A DNA stretch of 64,000 nt, taken from the NCBI GenBank assembly GCA_002189035.1, contig NEEC01000010.1, forward strand, positions 930,001-994,000, read 5' to 3'. Under the pieces are notes generated by a model that saw only the letters and a program-made list of their open reading frames with translations, did not search any database and was not told the origin of the DNA. Position numbers and translations under genes: made by a program. This document shows positions 60,863 through 64,000 of the stretch, in pieces. This stretch comes from Utricularia gibba. Its lineage: Eukaryota > Plantae > Magnoliophyta. Each line of letters opens with the position of its first letter. The first letter of the stretch is position 1.

Positions 60863-63576
60863 AGGAGGAGCACCAAGACTGTGTCTCGGTGCTTCCAAAA
60901 GGTGTTGCATGTGGTAATTTGCCTCCATGAGGTGGTGTTAGAAATCCCGGTAGTCGCTGCAGAACGTGCATCCGAAGGAAAGTTTAAACACTTCCAGGTT
61001 GACACATCTTTCATGCTTCTTTTTACAGATGCTTGTAGCACACCACCGTTGTGGGCAGCACCACGTGTTTCACCGTATCCGGTGCTCATAAAAATTAAAG
61101 ATGAGATGAGTGTGAAGCTGATGCATAGTAGTGAGGGTATTTGGTAGTACAGTTAATCGTCATTTGACGAAACACCGCGAACCGTAATATGCGGTGCTTC
61201 TGTACGCTTGGGCTATGCCGCGTTCAGTGCTGCACCGGATGTTTCCTCGTATCCGGTGCTGTCAAAATTTAGAAGTAGATGTGTATGCAACTGGTATATG
61301 TTAGCGTGGGTGATTGGTAGTACAATAATACTCCATTTGACCAAACACCGCGATCCGTAATATGTGGTGTTTCTAAATGCCTGAGGTACGCTACGCATTC
61401 CACAGCACCGCGAAAACATAATCCGGTGTTCTGAGTTCCAAAAACAAAATGCCATAAAATATTGCAGTTATCCAGCATTAAATGCGAAGGGCGGTTGACA
61501 ACCGCCCAGCGCTATTAATACCCCCTAAAAATAAGCGCACAATAAAGGCGCCTGACATTGTGCACTTTCCAAAACAACTTCATTAATTCTACCCATCCAA
61601 CTCCACCCTTTCGGAAAACGTGCAGCAGCACTGCGAAAACGGGGAGCCCGCACTACTCGCTTCATGGAAAACCTGGTGTGGTAGTGGTTACAGACGTGAG
61701 AAGCGCATATGATGATTGGTGGACTAGTTTTGTATGGGTATGCCCACCCACCGCTACAGAATGGCCAACAACGTTGACAGTGTCAGAAAATGTGGGACAC
61801 CCATCAGGTAATCATAAACAATTACTTCGGATATTCACATGTCTTGTTGAACAGTACTCATATTTTTTTGCTGTTTGCGTTGTAAGCATAGAGGTATTGC
61901 CAAAACGTGCGGCAAGGAGGTTTGTGAATTTATTCTCTTGCAGAACAAAGTCCTTGGAGGACGTCTTGCCCCCCTTCATCAATGCCCCTAGGAAACAGTA
62001 TCTGTGGTGCGGAACCCCTCGACACCGTAGACAACGTAGCAGTACAAATGATGATCTTGAGGAGGTGACCCATGAAGAGGATGAAGATGTGCAGCCAGAA
62101 GTCGGGGGCAACACGGAGGGGCCAACACCGATTACGACACATGACGACGGGTGCGGTGCTACCACTGCAAAGTATATCCAAATGGACAGACTGTATGCAG
62201 AGAATCTTGATCTCTGTGGTCGGCTTGCATGGTATGAAGCAAGGTGGCCATACGGTGGACCATCGAGTGATAACACGGCCCCCACCACGGAAGTTGCTTA
62301 TATTTGACGTGAATGGCGTACTTTCGGACAGTGTGTATCCTCGCGAAGTCAGATGGGGAGCGCCAAAGCCGGATGCCGTCATTTACGGGCGAAACGGTAA
62401 TGCAATGTCATTGATATGCATTTAATATTTGGTGCATGTGTCAGTACTATTTCTTGTGCTTGTAGTGTATCTTCGACCAGGTGCACGTGAGTTGATACAG
62501 TTTTGCATGGAACACTTTGACGTTGCCATCTGGTCTTCAAGAGGGCGGTAAGACTGACCACCTAGCAGACAAGGGGGTCCGCATTCCTACTGACATTTTT
62601 TTTTCTGACGACATGTGGCAATGAACAATTGCACGATGTGATTCAGTGGTTACTAGGGACTGCAGCAGCCAGCAAGCTCGTCTTCCAATGGGATGGATCC
62701 AGGTGTGTGGACACCGGCTATCCGGTGCACGATAACAGGAACACAGTTAAGCTTAAGCTTTTGAATCATGTATGGGGCGCCAACCAAGAGTTCAAGGGCA
62801 AATATCACCGTCTTAATACGCTTCTCATCGATGATGCGCCGTACAAATCACTACACAATCCGGTGAGTTTCTGGTTGTGCTCATTCTCCACCATCTTGCA
62901 TCCTATTTCACTTGTTTAGTTTCATTCGACAGCCCGAAAATGTCATATTCCCAACCACCTTCAAGTACACCGCGGTCAATGATTGTTCGCTGGTTCAAGG
63001 GGAGATATTAGGACGTTCCTAGAAGCTCTCATTGACCAAATGGATGTACCCACGCACGTCGATCGCCGTCGGGTAGGTCAACGTCCAATAGACGAGGAAC
63101 ACCCATTGTGGAAGCATTAAAAGACTCTTGTGTAATCGACAGTGCACCTTTGAAATTGCATGGATCTTGCGTGAACTATCCTATGTTGACCTTGTTAGTT
63201 TTTTATCGACCACTTATCGTAATGGCACCGGATGTTCAACATCCGGTACCGTCTCTAGATTTGAAACCTTGTGTCTAGACTTGGTGCTTCGTAATATGCA
63301 GCACCAACGCGGTGCTAGTCCACTTATCGCGTTAGCACCGGATGTTTTAACATCCGGTGCGTTCATTGGATATGCTTCTTTGTGTCTAGACGTGGTGCTT
63401 TGTAATATGCAGCACCAACGCGGTGCTAGTCCATCACTTCTCAATAGCACCGCTATGAATGTGGCGGTAGTCGCAATACAATGTTTGCGGAAAAGTGATC
63501 AAGAACGAAACACCGCGCTTGTTCATACGCGGTTCTTCCACATACGAAGTCAGAACACCGTCTACCCTTTGCAGTG
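60863..63576 (+). mobile_element. Probable CACTA(CACTG)-like DNA element with palindromic ACCGC/GCACCG subterminal arrays flanking chimeric gene copy D
   Basis: Dense CACCGCG/GCGGTGCT/GCACCGGATG motifs at 60870-61560 and 63200-63576. The right arm ends ...CCCTTTGCAGTG. A matching left TIR was not found. Confidence 0.5.
61645..63120 (+). pseudogene. Copy D of the chimeric Transposase_28-like/NIF-FCP1-like gene (5'-truncated, slightly damaged)
   Basis: Exons ~61645-61807, 61892-62396, 62466-62547, 62622-62862 and 62933-63120. Peptides DWWTSFVWVCPP, RKLLIFDVNGVL, VYLRPGARELIQFCMEHFDVAIWSSR, LVFQWDGSRCVDTG, NTLLIDDAPYKSLHNP, VIFP and GDIRTFLEAL. Two homopolymer indels and one acceptor reading CAA instead of CAG. 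Confidence 0.87.
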
Positions 63577-63680
63577 CTCATGCCAGTTTAAAGGATGAAT
63601 AGAAGATGAAATACATCTAGTCCATGAGTCTAACATAAGGCGGAGCACCACACAACAGATTTAAGATCTACGTTCTGATG

Positions 63681-63926
63681 CTAAACCACACAACAGTCAC
63701 TGGAGGCAAGGAAGTAGCGCGATCTCGCAAGGTTGGAACGAATTGTCTCTACTATGGTAAAACATTCGATGACAGTTAATTGCACCGACATACCTCTAAT
63801 GATCTCCCCTGCCTGACGCTGATTATCCACCAACTCCCGCGCTTGCTGCACCACTGTTAATCCCAAGTGATGTAGCTCTTCGCATGTGCGCACGTTAAGC
63901 TCCTTCATTTCTTTGATGAACTGCAC
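63681..63926 (-). other. Unassigned helical/coiled-coil-like coding fragment
   Basis: 81-aa ORF with coding-like composition; no recognised motif. Confidence 0.2.
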
Positions 63927-64000
63927 ATCATCGTCGATTCCCCTCGGTCCCCTGCCGCTTCGTCCAATCCGCCGTGATGAGTCGGTGCTGTTGTGTGACT

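Overview
This is a plant (eudicot-like) nuclear, transposon-dense window with no confidently intact cellular gene. It holds four Ty1/copia elements or remnants: a young Ale-like element at 3164-8252, an Ivana-like element at 37454-41295 and two Angela-like elements. It also holds several Ty3/gypsy remnants (Athila LTRs and solo LTRs; Tat, Tekay and CRM-like fragments), hAT, Mutator (with a Ulp1-like protease) and PIF/Harbinger remnants, and an F-box/FBA pseudogene. The main finding is a recurring spliced chimeric gene joining a Transposase_28-like N-terminal module to a NIF/FCP1-like HAD (CTD-phosphatase-family) domain. It occurs as three strongly diverged paralogs with shared intron positions (15346-17605 +, about 40543-41949 plus 37140-37453 -, 61645-63120 +) and one exon fragment. 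At least one lineage has moved inside hAT termini. Two copia elements have non-Met primer-binding sites (tRNA-Phe and tRNA-Leu). One copia has its RT/RNase H region replaced by a copy of its own empty insertion site. All family and domain assignments come from motif recognition by eye, with no database searches.
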